A DNA stretch of 52,274 bases from Vitrella brassicaformis CCMP3155 (Eukaryota > Protista > Chromerida), in assembly GCA_001179505.1 (NCBI GenBank), contig CDMY01000555.1:1-52274 (forward strand), written 5' to 3'. The translations under genes and the position numbers were made by a program. The notes under the pieces were generated by a model that saw only the letters and a list, made by a program, of their open reading frames with translations, was not told the DNA's origin and ran no database searches. Shown here in pieces: positions 37,186-49,835 of the stretch (the stretch's first letter is position 1; each line of letters begins with the position of its first letter).

Positions 37186-38922
37186 ATGGGTGGGCAGGCG
37201 CCAGCCGCCGGAGTCCTGCTCCCCGGCTGGGTGCGTTGGGATCCTGCTTCCAGTTTCGTGACGACCCAGTTCCCCGATGACAGCATCAGCGACAGCACCC
37301 GGCTGCTCGCCCTGAGCATCGTCTGTCGGACAATCACACCGGAGCAAGTCTATCAACTCATCCAGCATCTGGGAGCCGACCCAAACGTGGTCCTCTGGAT
37401 GCGGGCGGAAGGCGGTACGGGAGGCGAAGTGACCGCCTGTTCCCTCTTGTCATGGGCCATCGACGGCGACATCGACAACACCATCCCGTCCGCCTGGGCT
37501 CGAACCAGTTATGGCATCTCCCCTATCGTCTTGCCGCGCTGGTCGTCCGTCGAGCTCCAGAATGCCGTCCTACAGAGGCTGATCATTAATGGAGCGGACC
37601 CCAGCCGAGGATTCATGCCGCCCCTGCGCATCGCCATCCAGGCAGGGAACGAGGCGGCATTCAGGCTTCTGCTCGACCACAATGTGCCGCTGGACATGGA
37701 GATGCTGACGCTGCCAGGGTCATACGATAATGCCATGATGCCGGGACCGGATCAGGAGCGGCAGCTGCTGTCGATGTATCGGCGGCTCCTCCAGCGCGAC
37801 AGCTCCCTCGCGACCCAGGTAGACGGAGCCTTGCGGAACGTCCTGCACCTTGCGGGCGGTCGCGCGCAAGGGTGGTACTCCCAGGCCTTCATCGACGATT
37901 ACATCGGCATGGTGATCAGCAACGGGGGTGACATCAGGCCACCCAACTTCGGTGGGAACACTCCATTGCACTTCGCTGCGATGTGGGGGTCTCATCGTGT
38001 GGCTTTCAACCTGTGTATACGCCTGTCGTCCGATGACATCAACAGAGGGACACCAAATGACCCCGCCGACACACCGCTGGCCGCTGCTGCTCAGCGACTC
38101 GATTTCTACTTCGAAGTACAGCAGCAGCAGCAGCAGGAGCAGACAGAGGTGCAGAGGGAGCGGCGCGAAAGACTCGTCCGCCAGCAGGAGGTCACCATCC
38201 CTGTGCTGCTGCGGGCAGGGGCAGCGCCATCGATTGCCCTCATGCCCACCGCCAGCGAGGAGCAGCGCCGTCAGCGAAGTCTCCTGCTGCCCCACTACGC
38301 CACAGTGCTGAACGAGCTGCCCGAGGTCGTCATGTCGGCCATCAACGCCGCCCTCGCCCCCCAGCGCGACCGCTCGATGCTTCTCGCCCGTCTGCTGCCC
38401 CTCGCCCCCCACCACGACGGCGCCCACCCCCACCCCTCCCCATCCAACATGGCATTCGGCCCACACGAGGCTGAGGCCATCGCATGGAAGATCGGGGCCT
38501 TCCTGGACGAGCCCCCCGCTGCTGTGGCCGCCATCGACCAGTACCTCATCGGCGAGTCGCTGCTGAGGCGCCGCGTGCGTGCGGCCGTCGGCCACTTCGT
38601 CAAGTCGGCGGCCACACAGACGAACAGCAACAGGGAGGTGGTGGGCGGGACGAGATACCAGCAGCAGGGCGACAAGCGCGTCAAGGTGACCGTCCCGCCG
38701 CTGCAGTGCTTCGCCGTGAAGGGCAGTGGGGGGAAGTTGTTGATGACGGGTGTGCGTGAGGTGGTGCACCGGGCCCGGCTGGACGAGGTGCGGCAACACG
38801 GGCTGGAGGGTGTGGTCAAGGGCTTCAATGAGCATCTGAGCGACCAGGACTGCCAGTTCGAGTGGGGCCAGCTGGGGCGCCTGTCGAGGACCGGCCTGTT
38901 CGTCCCGCTAGGAATCGAATGA
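37186..38922 (+). CDS. Ankyrin-repeat protein, family copy 3 (intronless, divergent N-terminal half)
   Basis: ORF 37174-38922 with ATG at 37186; GGDIRPPNFGGNTPLHFAAMWGSHRVA; shared C-terminal module. Confidence 0.9.
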   Translation: MGGQAPAAGVLLPGWVRWDPASSFVTTQFPDDSISDSTRLLALSIVCRTITPEQVYQLIQHLGADPNVVLWMRAEGGTGGEVTACSLLSWAIDGDIDNTIPSAWARTSYGISPIVLPRWSSVELQNAVLQRLIINGADPSRGFMPPLRIAIQAGNEAAFRLLLDHNVPLDMEMLTLPGSYDNAMMPGPDQERQLLSMYRRLLQRDSSLATQVDGALRNVLHLAGGRAQGWYSQAFIDDYIGMVISNGGDIRPPNFGGNTPLHFAAMWGSHRVAFNLCIRLSSDDINRGTPNDPADTPLAAAAQRLDFYFEVQQQQQQEQTEVQRERRERLVRQQEVTIPVLLRAGAAPSIALMPTASEEQRRQRSLLLPHYATVLNELPEVVMSAINAALAPQRDRSMLLARLLPLAPHHDGAHPHPSPSNMAFGPHEAEAIAWKIGAFLDEPPAAVAAIDQYLIGESLLRRRVRAAVGHFVKSAATQTNSNREVVGGTRYQQQGDKRVKVTVPPLQCFAVKGSGGKLLMTGVREVVHRARLDEVRQHGLEGVVKGFNEHLSDQDCQFEWGQLGRLSRTGLFVPLGIE

Positions 38923-39336
38923 TGACGGCACTGAGGGCGGGAAGGGCGACACATACGTGTGTGATCGTCTCGGTGGATTCATTGTCCAGTGCATGCTCAG
39001 AGTCGACTGTCTGTGCGTCGTTCAGCGGACTGCTGGTATTTGTTTGTTCGTTATCGATGGTTGCAATGGGACTCGTCTTCATCCTGTCAATTGTATGTGT
39101 TCCTCAAACGCCCATTTCTTACATGCGAGCTTTTCCTCTCGGTGATCTTCCCCTTTTTTGGACCCGATCCAGGCGGTGAATGAGTCCGTGAGCATGCGCC
39201 AGCTGTTGCCATTTGATCAAGCTGGTCGCTTTTGATCCGGCATCGTTCCATCGACCGAAGCAACGATCTTACCGTTCAGATCAGCAAGGCGTGAACCGTC
39301 ACCTTGGCGGACACACCGGCGACAACCAGTTGACCG

Positions 39337-42300
39337 ATGGTGGCTGACGACACCGACATCGCCAGACGCATCAGCGCCGCCGCTGCAGCCATGTCGGGAA
39401 AAGATCAGCATCATCTCCCTCTGGTCATCAAGAAGACAACAAATGCTCTGTTCAAGGGCAAAGTGGACGTGCGGAAGGCTGGCATGGGGACCGCGCGGTT
39501 CGCGGCGGAGTGGGCGGTGATTGGGGTGTTCCTCGCGGCGCTGTTCAACATCTACAACCCCAGGCGTGACCCGTCAGCGCCGGCCAACGCAGCGGCCAAC
39601 TCGGCACCGATGGTGTGGTGCTTCTTCATCAGCATCGCTGTGCATGGCTTGGTGGCTCTCGTCACCTCGGGGACGATGCAGGTCGGTCATCAATTAAATG
39701 AGCTACCCGGAAGTGGCGGAGTGGACGCATATCATCTACTCATTGTTTGTGTGGCATGTGGCTATGTGTGTGTGTGTGTGTGTGTTTTGTTTGTCAGGCC
39801 TATGCGAGGTGGCGCTTCAACACGTCCAATGCGTTTCGGCAGCATGCTTCGGTGCACGCCGAGTACATGAGCATCATGCAGTCGTCTGTGCGGAAGAAGA
39901 CCTTCGAGTTCATACCCACAAGTACGCAGCCGAGCCGTCTATGGCAGGCAGCCTGAAGGACAATCAGACAATACGCAAAGTCATCCTCTGTGTGTGTGTG
40001 TGTGTGCAGCGTGGTTTGGACTTCCTCGGCTCCGTCCGCTGGTGGCCAACTGGGTGTCGTCCCAGAGCTATCTGTCGTCTTCCCTCATCCGCACCGCCAT
40101 GTGGTGCTGCGTCTGGCTCGCCTTCACACCATACTGGTCAGTCAGCGCTGACCACAACATATGACAAAGAAAGAGCCGCCACGACAGGAAGGCTCCAGCT
40201 CATGCGGCTCATGGGTGTGTGTTCCGTATGTCCTTGTGCCTGCGCAGGCGTCGTGACAGTGGCGAGACGCCCTGGGACTTCAGCCAGATCCCAGCCACCT
40301 ACTACTGGCTCGAACGAATCTTCCTCTCCGCGGTCGGTCAGCACATTTTGCCTCCCACTTCATCTGGCTCGTCGTGCAGGTGTGCATGTGCATGTGTCTG
40401 TCTGTCTGTCTGTCTGTGTCAGGCGACGATAGACTTCTGTTTCCTCTACTACGTGGCGCACGAGAAGCACAGGTTCCTGTTTCGATGGGCGACGCTGATC
40501 GAGATCATCACGCTGCCGCCCTGGATATGGCTCGTGTCCTCGCAGTTCTTCGAAGACATCACGGGTACGTCAGGGAGTGAGAAGAAAAGACTGCAGACAG
40601 CGCAGGAAGGTGAGCAGGTGTGGGTGTGGGTGGTGTGTGTGCAGGTTACCACATCGAGCCCACCCAATATCTTCTGGCGTTTGGTTACTTCAGATTCTTC
40701 AGGCTATACGGTAGGTAGAACAACACGCAACACACCTGCCTGCCTGTCTGGCACTCTGCTTCATAGCTAGGACGGGGTGAGGCCACGTCTGTCTGTCTGT
40801 GTGTCTGTCTGTCTGTCTGTCTGTGTGTGTTTGTGTCGGTGCCAATTAACCGCAGGCATCACGCCGGTATTGCGGAAGGCCTTTCCCCACGTGAGCCCCA
40901 GCCGCATTCAGGTCATCGCCATCGTCCTCGCGATAACCTCCACGCTACTCGTCTTCGCAGGTCGGTGGCCAATGGGGGTGGGTGGCTGAGGGAGTTAAAC
41001 AAACGACACCGCACTCGCTGCATGTGCTGTGCTGTGTGTCATGTGTGTGGTGTGTGTGGTGTGGTGTGGTGTGCTATGTCAGGTCTGATGTGGTATTTGG
41101 AGGGTGAGAACAGCGACAGCGGCCCCGAGTTCAACAGCCTCTTCCCCGACTTCTTCTACTTCGCCATCGTGACCTTCTCCACCGTGGGCTACGGTGACTT
41201 CTCGCCCACCTACAATGTCTCACGTATCGTGGCCATCATCGCCATCATCGTCGTGGTCGTGTGGATCCCCCTCGAGACCTCCACACTCATCGTGAGTGAG
41301 CGACAGACAGAGGGCATCGCGTGAATCGAAGCACGCCTATGTCAATCCTTCCTTGTGTGCTGCTCCTCCGTGTATGCAGAGGCTGCTGGTGGCCCCCGTG
41401 ACGCAGATCGGTTCTCTGCCGAGCGTGTGGGAGCGGCACGACTTCATCTTGATGGTGGGCAAGCCCATCCCTGACCAGGTGGACGTCTTCCTTGAAGAGA
41501 TTTTTGCCTTCAGCGACCAAGTGCCCAAGTGAGGGAGGTCGTACGTCACGTACGCAGCGATAGATATTTGTGCGTCCATGTGTGTGTCTGTGCGTGTGGT
41601 ATACCTATTCAGGAAGGCGGTGTTGCTGACGCCGAACGACCCGTCTCAGTACGTGGACCAGATCGGCAAGGCCATGGACTTCTTCCGCATCAGGCTCACC
41701 GTCAAGAAGGGAGACGCGGTGAGCAGAAACACGGGCAGACAGATCAATTCCAGCAAGCTAAGCAACTCCTATGTGTGTGTCGGCTGGCCGGCGGCTCCTC
41801 AGGGTGACGGCGGGGGCATCTGTGACCTCAGAGAAGTGCGGGCAAGCGATGCACGGTGAGATACCAGCAGCACAGCATTACATTCCCCATGTCGGTTGAT
41901 GTGCTGTGGTGACGTCACGTCAGGGCGATATTCGTCTTGTCGAACCCATGGGCGATGCATCTGGTTGAGGAGGACCGCCGGACCATCGTGCGCTGCCTGG
42001 GGCTTCGCAAGTTCGTGTCGATGAAGCGCGTCAGCCTGCAGCTCAACACCGACACAGCCAAAAGCCTCGCGCTCAGCTTTGGCTGCGACCAGGTAAGGTA
42101 CCTAGACTGTGTGTGGGCATCCCACAGGATGGATCGATGCCATTCATTGAATCATGCATGTGTCGCGCGCGAGCGTGTGTGTGTGTTTGTGTGTGTGTGT
42201 GTCCATGTAGGTGTTGTGTTTCAACGAGCTCAAGGTGAAGGTCCTGGCTAAGAGCTGCACCACTTGCCCAGGCATCATCGCACTGGTGGGCACACAGCAC

Positions 42301-44760
42301 GACTCGACACACAGGTCACACGCCATCCATCCATCCATCCACTTCTCAGCTGGTGAATCTTGGCCGCACGTGCGAGGTGGCCTACCGCGACCCCAAGGAC
42401 GCCCCTTCCATGTCGGACGCCGAGCGGCGCTTCTTTGAGTACGCCCAGGGCACTCGATACGAGCTGTACCGCTTCGACTTCCCCAAATGCTTCCACGGGG
42501 AGTCATTCCAGGTAGGCAGCTGCGCTTCGTGTGGCCAGATGGTTCATGCCATCCGATAGGTGGAGTGAGTGGTGGGCAGATTCCGCATCTATCCTTGTGT
42601 TGTGTTGTTTACTTGTGTAGGAGGTGGTGATGGGGCTGTACGAGTGCTTCGGGGTGCTGGTTATCGGCATCATCAAGGAGAACAGCGACAACATCTACCT
42701 CAACCCTCTCAATGGTATGGTCAGCCAGACAGACAGGCAGGGAGCAACAGCCCCACTCACTACCACACCACACTATGCCCCTTTGTTGGTCGGTCTTTGC
42801 AGGTACGTCCCTGGACCGATTGGGCAGCTGCAATGACCCCTGCATCGAGGCCGACGACCACGGCATCGTCATCGCCCAGGACCCCGACCAGCTCAAGCTT
42901 CTCTCCGGCCTCCCTGCAGTGCCATGGGTGCGTCAGATTGCATCACACACCCACACACCCTGTATGACGCCCCCTTCTCCCTCCCGATGTGTGTGTGGAC
43001 TCTGTCAGATCGTCGAGAGGGCGGAGAACGTGTCCAAGAGCACCCTCTCCTCGGCCACCACTAACGACGGTGGTAAGGGGCGCCCGCCGTACGGCACCGC
43101 CGCCCCCCGCGCCAACACCAGCGACAGCACCACAGCACCGTGCACGGACAGCCAGCTATCTATGTCGACGGACGCACTCCAGCAGCCACAGCAGCAGCAG
43201 CAGCAGGACGAAGGCATTCAACCCAGATACCACTCCAACCCACTGGTACCTACCCACTTGACAGACTGAGAATGCTCCGGCAGGCCTCTCTGTCAAGACG
43301 TGTGTGTACTATGTCTTTGTCAGGTGTTGGTGCGTGACGATGCGTCTGGTCTGGTGTCGCCACTGCACAGCTTCATGCGCTCCAGCCGCCGATCGTCCCT
43401 AGCAGAAGCCGCAGACACCGCATCCCCGATAGACAACGGCACAGGGCCATCGTCATCGCCCCTACAAGTGCCCCGCTTTCCCCACCGGCAGCCCCCCCAG
43501 ACCCAGACCCACACCCTCCATCCCCCGCCAGCAGGCGACACCGACGAGCATGAGCATGCCGACGAAGCCAGGATCGACGGCATGTCCCCACGACAGAAAC
43601 AGAGACCCTCACGCAGCCCCTGGCGCGCCAAGACCGTCGGCTTCGGTTCGCTCCGCCGGAGGTCGCCCACACGCAGGAGGCCTGACGACGACCATCCCAC
43701 AACGAGCGAGGTGATCATGCGTCGGGGCCCAGCACCAGGGGCATCGGCAACAGCTGAGCCGCTCTCACCACGAGGGCAGGGGGGCAGGAGGTCCTCTCCG
43801 TCACCACGCCGGCAGTTTGGCGGGCTGAGGGGCCGGGCCCGCGATTTGCTGTGGTGGGCGGGGATGCAGTCAGATGTGATGCTGCCCAAGGGGTGGGGCG
43901 GGCGGACGGAGAATGAGAGCGGCCACGAGGCGCGGCCTCTGGTGGCCTTTGAGGGGGAGAGGGAGGGAGAGGGGGACGAAGGGCTGGCCGATGAGGACCT
44001 GACTGGCGACAGGATCCTGCGGCACAAGACGAGCCTGCCGATGGAGGCCATCGTTGAGACGGTCAGGGGGGAGCACCGCCGATTCACCACCCCACGCAGG
44101 CCGCCACAGCAGTCGCCACTTGACCGACCTGACGGTGAGTGAGCATCACACACATGCATTGCAATCCCATCTATCCACTCATTGTCCTCTGTTTGTGTGT
44201 CGATCAGCGTCCTGGTGGCTGCAGACGCGCAACATCATCTCAGCGGAGGGCAAGGCGGAGCTGGACCTGGTCGACGAAAACGACGAGGCCGTCAAGGAAG
44301 AACAGCAGCCACAACGACAAGGCCAGGAGGGCGACACTGACCACGACCACGAGGCACCCTCCATCAGAGATGTACGTCACACAGACAGAATCACACACAT
44401 ACACATCAGGCACTTGCTTTGTCTGTCCATGTGTTGCTGTGTGTGTCAGTGTGAGGTGCACTCCTTGGACGAGGCCCGCCAGGTGTGGGGCAACGACAAG
44501 CCGTTTGTGCTGGTGTGCGGGTGGCCCCGGGCGCTCAGTCTGCTGGCCCAGTGGGTGTGCCGGTCGTCGGAGTTTAACGTGGTGGTGCTGACGCCCCTCA
44601 TCCCGCCACCATGGAGCAGCTTCTCGTCACTCGCGCCGTTCGCCAAGCAGATCGCACTCATCAAGGGGTCGCCCCTGAGACAATCCGACCTTATGCGGTA
44701 AGCCCGCATTCACACCCACTGCCCCTTCTCCCTTTTGCCTTGCCCAACACACACATCATA

Positions 44761-44794
<34 letters not shown>

Positions 44795-46004
44795 TGTGTC
44801 TGACAACCACAGTGCTGGCGTGGTGGAGGCGCACAGCTACGTCATCTTCAGCGCCCGCCACGATCCCGATGACCGTTTGAGCGAGTCCGACGACCAGCAG
44901 GATGTGGACATCATCCTGGTCTGCCACAAGATACAGGCCCTTTTAGTGTCAGCCGCGGCCAGGCAACGGGCACACTTCAACTGGGAGCGCTTCCAGATCG
45001 ACCACCCCCACCCCTCACTGCCACCCAAGACCACAATGGCGGCAACAGCTGCGTGTGATGGCCATGGGGGAGGGAGAAGGGGTGATGGTGCGATGATAAA
45101 GCGGCGGAGCGACATGATCATGATCAGCGAGCTGCACAGGACGTCCAACGTGCGCTTCCTCGATGCGTCGCCATGGTCAGTGGAGAGAGACAGAGAGAGA
45201 GAGAGAGAGACAGAGAGAGAGAGAGCCACACACATGAGGGAAAGGCTCGTCTGAGTGTTGTGGTGGCACGGTGCACTGCATGATGTTCATTCAGGTGGCC
45301 GTCTGACCCCGCTTGGATTGGCAGGCGCGACGAGAGCACCAACCAGCAGTTCATCAGCTACATCGACTCTCCCGAGTACGCCGCAGGCCGCGTCTTCTGC
45401 GACCACATGCTCTACAGGTAAACAAGGAAGGTACCTCCACCTCCAGCACCCAACTCAGTCAGCCCCTTTTTCCCCCTTCCACCCAATCCTGTCCTGTTGT
45501 GTCGTCCGTCATGTGGTCAGTTTGATCTGCCAGTCTCGTTGGGTGTGCGACATAGCCTGCGGCCCCCGTGTGGTGGACCACCTGCTGGGCGAGTCGACCG
45601 TCAAGCAGTCGGCCATCGTCTCGCTCACCCACTCACGGGGCGGCCTGTGGTTATCCTCACCTGAGACGGGCATCTCGACAGTGCCCGTCAGCAAGGACCT
45701 CGCTGGACTGGCCTTTGGGGACGCGCTGCCGCTGCTGCTGCAGAGGAAACTCATCCCCATTGGCGTCTACAGAGCGTAAGCAGGCCAAGGCCACCCCACA
45801 CACAAGCAATGCAATCTGTGTGTGTGTGTGTGTGTGTGGTGGATGGATGGCGTCAGTGCGTGTGATGCGGTTGAGCTCCCTTACGTGGTGTGCAATCCGG
45901 AGCCGAGCTTTCGTCTGGACGGGGGGGACCTCATCTACGTCGTCCTGCCCTGCAGACCCATACACACCGCCGCCACCGCCACCAACAGATGCACTGGCGT
46001 ATGA
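39337..46004 (+). CDS. Ca2+-activated (BK/Slo-like) potassium channel with two RCK domains, many exons
   Basis: Pore YFAIVTFSTVGYGDFSP (TVGYGD filter at ~41181-41198), S4-like FFRL, RCK motifs VTVKKGD, AIFVLSNP, ELKVKVLAKSCTTCPGIIAL, EYAQGTRYELY, IALIKGSPL, DVDIILV, MISELHRTSNVRFLD, PEYAAGRVF, NPEPSFRLDGGDLIYVV. Confidence 0.93.
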
Positions 46005-46460
46005 GTGAGTGGACCGGCCTGGCTGGCCATGTGCCAGTTGGTTTGGTCTTTGGTTTCTAGAGCCAGGCAGGCAGGATGGCATGCAGGCAGGCAGGAAGTC
46101 GGTGTGTGAGTTTTTTCATTTAGAAGGCATTTGTCAATTTTTGGCCAGCCGATCGGCGTCCGTCGGGTGGGTGTTTTTGTGCGTCAGGAGGAGTGAGCGG
46201 TGCTCAGGTGTTTATTAGGGCGTGTGTTGTTCGTGTGGTGTGGCGTTGTGGCACAGTTGTCGGTGGACGGGGAGGGAGCAGTCATTTCTGGTCGGCCTTT
46301 TATGCCTTTGATTGACAACCAATGGACCTCACACACGACTGACTTAATCAACCAGAGGAGCGCTAGCTGCCAATCTCGTCCGTACCACACACACCCCAAA
46401 CACACGACACACACACACACACACACGCGGGCCGATCTCTCTGTCTTTCTATTGACCATA

Positions 46461-49260
46461 TCATGGCTTGAAGGGGTTGCTGACAGACATGAAGTCGATG
46501 ACCCTAGTATCGTCCGCACCATCATCTAGCCGCGACACGGCCTTGTCGCTCTTGGCAGGGGAGAAAAAGGTGCACACCGACCTCCTGTCTGCGAGCATCC
46601 CGCGCACTCGGCTGCTCCTGATGCACACAGCCCATCCATCCATCACACTCCATCCATGCGTGTGTGTGCGTGTGTGTCTGGTGTAGGTGGCTCACGCACG
46701 CGAGCAGTGTGGCGATGCCGTTCCAGCATGCGATAAGGGCCATGTGGTTGGCCGCGGTGAAGAGCTTCAGCTGGTGCCATCTCGGTGCAAGGCGGACCAG
46801 CAGAAGAGACACGGGAAGCACCAAAAACCAAAAACCCAGCAATGTCTGATATCAACACAGAGAGAAGGAAGAGCCTTTTCTGCTGCCCCGAGACATTATG
46901 GTTCCTTCCTTGCTAACCCCGGCGAGTGTGTCGGCATGCCTCCCCGGCCCAGTCGACGTGGAGTGCGCGTAGGAATGGAGCAGCAGGTCTTGGTAGCACA
47001 GGTACCACACCCCAGACAACTGCACACAGGTCCATGTCTCCATGCGAGACGTGAGACACCCACACCCATCCACTCGCGCCTCTTTGGGCTTACTTACAGT
47101 GACATAGATAAGGCCCGGCACAGAGCCGTATATATCGACAGCAGACGACCCCAGCGACCGCACCCCATACTCCGCCCACCCCGCCCACGACTCCACACCC
47201 AAACCCAGCACACAGAATCCAATCGCAAACGCCACGCGGCCCGGGAAGAATTGACGGTGAAGGCCCGGTGCCCTCGTCTGTGTCTCTGAAGGTGTCTTGG
47301 CTGGGTTGTGTGGAGAGGGCTGCGTATGATGCGCCCAGGAGGGGCCCCTCTGCTGCTGAGCGGAGGATAGGGGTCGACTCATCGGACCCCAACAAACCTG
47401 AGACACAAAGAAGGAAAGGTAGATCGGTGAGCGGACGAGTGGAAGGCAGTCATTAATCGATCACCGTCGGCAATGCGCATCAGGATGAGAATAAGGGCCA
47501 CCCTTGAAAGCGCAAACAGAGCTGAAAAAGGGCAACAAGAGGCAGAGGTTGCCATCTCGATTGTCCTTCGTCTCTGCTTACTCAGAGCGACTTGTTTGGC
47601 CAGAGGGCTGCCCACCCCATCAGCAGCATACCACACCCAGTGGTGCACGACCATCAGGCCGGCGAAAACACCACTCCACACAGACAACCCCAGCAACAGC
47701 CACAAACGACATCCATCACGCCCCTGCACACGGAGATACACAGACGAGAGAGACGAGTCCATGTCTCCCCCACTAAACCTTTTCTTACCACCACCACATA
47801 CTTACCCATGTGGTGGGCTGCATGGTGACCCATGGCGGCGAGGGCAGGCTGCTGAGTATTCGCTGCAGTGCATTCAGCCCGGCGGCTGGGGCGCGGTGGT
47901 CAGCGATCCATTGGGATATGTGTGGGTCTGCGGCAAGGTCGTGGCCGTGGAGCAGCAGCTTGGTGACGAGGAGGGCTGTGAGAAGCGCACACAGTGTGAA
48001 GACGACCGAGAACCCCAGGACGCCTGATGCACACACACACACGTGGGGAGACGGTGGGATGGACGGCTTTGTGGTTGGTTGGCCGGCTGGTCAGACCGTG
48101 CTCGTCGATGCCCAGCTCTCTTTTCCAGCCTTGCAGTGGGTTTTCGAAGGAGATCTTGACTGAGTATTCCACAGGCCGCTGGCCGCACGATAGCACCGCT
48201 GCATACCTGCACACACGGACTCAACACAGGCATCCCACTCACTCCACTCGTTCAGTCGATGTCTCTCACTTACCCACCCACCCACCAGTATCTCGGCTGC
48301 GACTTCTCCGTCACGTTGACATCCATCTTGAGGGGCATTATCTCTCCCGCTTGACTTCCCTTGTCCGCCCCAGCGATGCTGCCCATCAGCCAGCCCAGCC
48401 ACGACGATGACGTCGACGGAGCAGGAGAAGAACTGCTCGGCACCGTCGGCTGCCTTCTCGTCGACTCCCCGCCATATGGCGCAGTGGGGGGGATCTTGTT
48501 CATCACTTTCAATGGTAATGAGTCGTCGCCTATGGGCGGCAGCAGCGGGTCCACGTTGGCCGTGTTGGTGGTGTCCATATTGAGCACATCGAGCGGCAGG
48601 AAGAGACCCAGCCCCTCCGGGCCCATCAACAGGTCATCGAGGAAATCGCGGGGAGAGGGGAACTGCACCTCCCAACGAGCGTGGAGCAACTGAACGGCCA
48701 GATAACAGTGGCATCCATGACACCAAGGGACACAAGGAACAAAAGAAAAGCAAAGAAGTTACCTACCTTGTCTTCACAGCTCGATTCGGCCCACGTGGCG
48801 TCGGCTGCACGGAGGCAACGATGCAGAACTGTTACTGTGAATCATACGTGTGCCCGTCATCTTTCTGCGCCGATACCCTGTGGGAATGACTGCCACTGGT
48901 CGTCGAACAGCAGCACATACAGCCGGTCCTGAGAGGTCAAAGGGGCCGAAGGCGTCAGCTGAAACCTGAACAGACCTGCACCGGGGGAACACGCAAAGGG
49001 CATAAGAACACATTGTCAGCCGCTTTGTTCGCACCTGGCTTCAGTGCAGGGTCCAGCGAGTAGTCATAGCAGAACTTGCCCTCGATTTTCCCTGTCCGGG
49101 GAGACAGCAGAGACTGCCCCGTCACCTTCTTTGCAATGGCACGTTGATCAAGGGCCCTCAGCAAGAGCACCAGAAAGAGCGTTGATGGCCGGAGGCTCGA
49201 CGGCCGGGTCGGGCTCAGGCGAGAGATGGTGGAGAGAATTAGGGCGGGAAATCGCAACAT
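46461..49260 (-). CDS. GPR180/TMEM145-like (intimal-thickness-related receptor family) 7TM protein, multi-exon
   Basis: Signal-like leader ...STLFLVLLLRALD; GKFCYDY; FENPLQGWKRELGIDEHGL; TM LGFSVVFTLCALLTALL; MVVHHWVWYAADGVGSP (H..YA.DG.G pattern); DIYGSVPGLIYV; FWFLVLPVSLLL. Family call by eye; ends inferred. Confidence 0.7.
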
Positions 49261-49835
49261 CGGGCGACGGCAAGGGAGGTGGCGCACAAGAGTGAAGGGT
49301 GTTTCTTAGACGAGAGTATCGATTGGCGAACAAGGATCCTCAGACGAAGGCGGGGGAGGGGAGAGAGAACGAAAGAATTCCTGGCGATCGAGACGGGCTC
49401 CATTCGGGCGACCCCCGTGCCTGGCGAGCACGAGGGCAACCATGTCAGGAGTGTGGGCAGGCAGGCAGACCTTGTGCATGCTTCGCGCGTGTGCATGTTG
49501 CCCGTTTGGTGTGTGCTGTGGACAGATGTCCGGATACACACACATTTACACGCTATACACACACACCGAGTCAGTCATCCTTCATGATCAGCTACATAGC
49601 TATACACATGTGTGTGTCTGTCCACCGCTTTCTCCGACCTGTATGCTCACACACACCACACAAGCGCCATCCCCTTCCCAACGCCTGTCAGCATATATGT
49701 ACACGAGGCCGACGGCCTGCCTGCCTGGCTGCCCGCCACACGCCCCAACGAAAGCTAGTGCGCTAACATATACACGGCGTCCCCACTAACATCCTGGCGA
49801 GCATCCTTCTGCTCCTCCGTCCGTTTGGGCAGCCG

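Noticed and set aside
29704-39200. Poly(A) tails or target-site duplications flanking the ANK copies
   Set aside because: Looked for after each stop codon and not found; retroposition therefore remains unproven.
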